Shown: positions 63,788 to 64,000 of the stretch, piece after piece | Layout: each line of letters begins with the position of its first letter | How positions within the stretch are numbered: the stretch's first letter is position 1 | NCBI GenBank assembly: GCA_963796055.1 | Contig: CAWCKH010000004.1 | Coordinates: forward strand, 416,001-480,000 | Direction: 5' to 3' | DNA from: an uncultured delta proteobacterium | Lineage (GTDB): Bacteria; Myxococcota; Myxococcia; Myxococcales; Myxococcaceae | DNA: 64,000 bases | Position numbers and translations under genes: made by a program | The notes under the pieces: model-generated | The model's input: only the letters and a program-made list of their open reading frames with translations | Told to the model about the DNA's origin: nothing | Database searches by the model: none

Positions 63788-64000
63788 CCCTCGAGCGCCC
63801 GGGCCTCGCCGGGGGACAGGCGCAGCTCGGCGGCGGCGAGATTCTCGCGCATCTTCTCCACGGTGCCCGCGGCGACCACCGCGGACACCGGGAACGGCTG
63901 GGAGAAGAGGTAGGCCAGCGCGACCTGCGCCGCCGTCCAGCCGCGCTCCCGCGCCAGCGCCCGCGCCCGCTCCCGCCGGGCGACGTTCGCCGGGCTGCCG
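63784..64000 (-). CDS. aldo/keto reductase, C-terminal part (runs off the right edge)
   Basis: ARALARERGWTAAQVALAYLFSQPFPV...MRENLAAAELRLS; ATGA overlap with the GMC gene. Confidence 0.85.
   Translation of the reverse strand, partial: GSPANVARRERARALARERGWTAAQVALAYLFSQPFPVSAVVAAGTVEKMRENLAAAELRLSPGEARALEG

Noticed and set aside
1..64000. tRNA, rRNA, riboswitch, IS element, prophage or defence system
   Set aside because: No recognisable motifs by eye. A covariance-model and HMM search would be needed to exclude small RNAs.

Overview
A very GC-rich (about 70% by eye), gene-dense bacterial window. Gene content (DUF1552/DUF1592 pair, ERG4/ERG24-type sterol reductase, PDH-CM fusion) points to Myxococcota or a relative; this is inference only. 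I see no rRNA, tRNA, CRISPR array, transposase or integrase. About 60 CDS can be called. Main loci: a mycobacterial-Sdh1-like three-subunit succinate dehydrogenase (13.9-17.2 kb); a Liv-type ABC transporter with an M20 peptidase (44.4-50.3 kb); a SARP-ATPase regulator followed by a berberine-bridge-type FAD oxidase, with 11-bp-phased repeats between them (36.1-40.8 kb); and a tightly coupled GDP-heptose-type operon (hddC-hddA-gmhA-gmhB) with its own transaldolase and an epimerase (52.3-61.7 kb). That operon also holds a DPM-synthase-like GT2 fused to a degenerate methyltransferase, plus two GT-C-type membrane glycosyltransferases. My best candidate for an undescribed system is a lipid-carrier-dependent heptosylation pathway encoded there. 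A five-copy 83-85 bp tandem array fills the gap between two convergent stop codons at 61.7-62.1 kb. The window also carries at least nine gene remnants or internal deletions and three apparent frameshifts. All family assignments come from motif recognition by eye, not from database searches.
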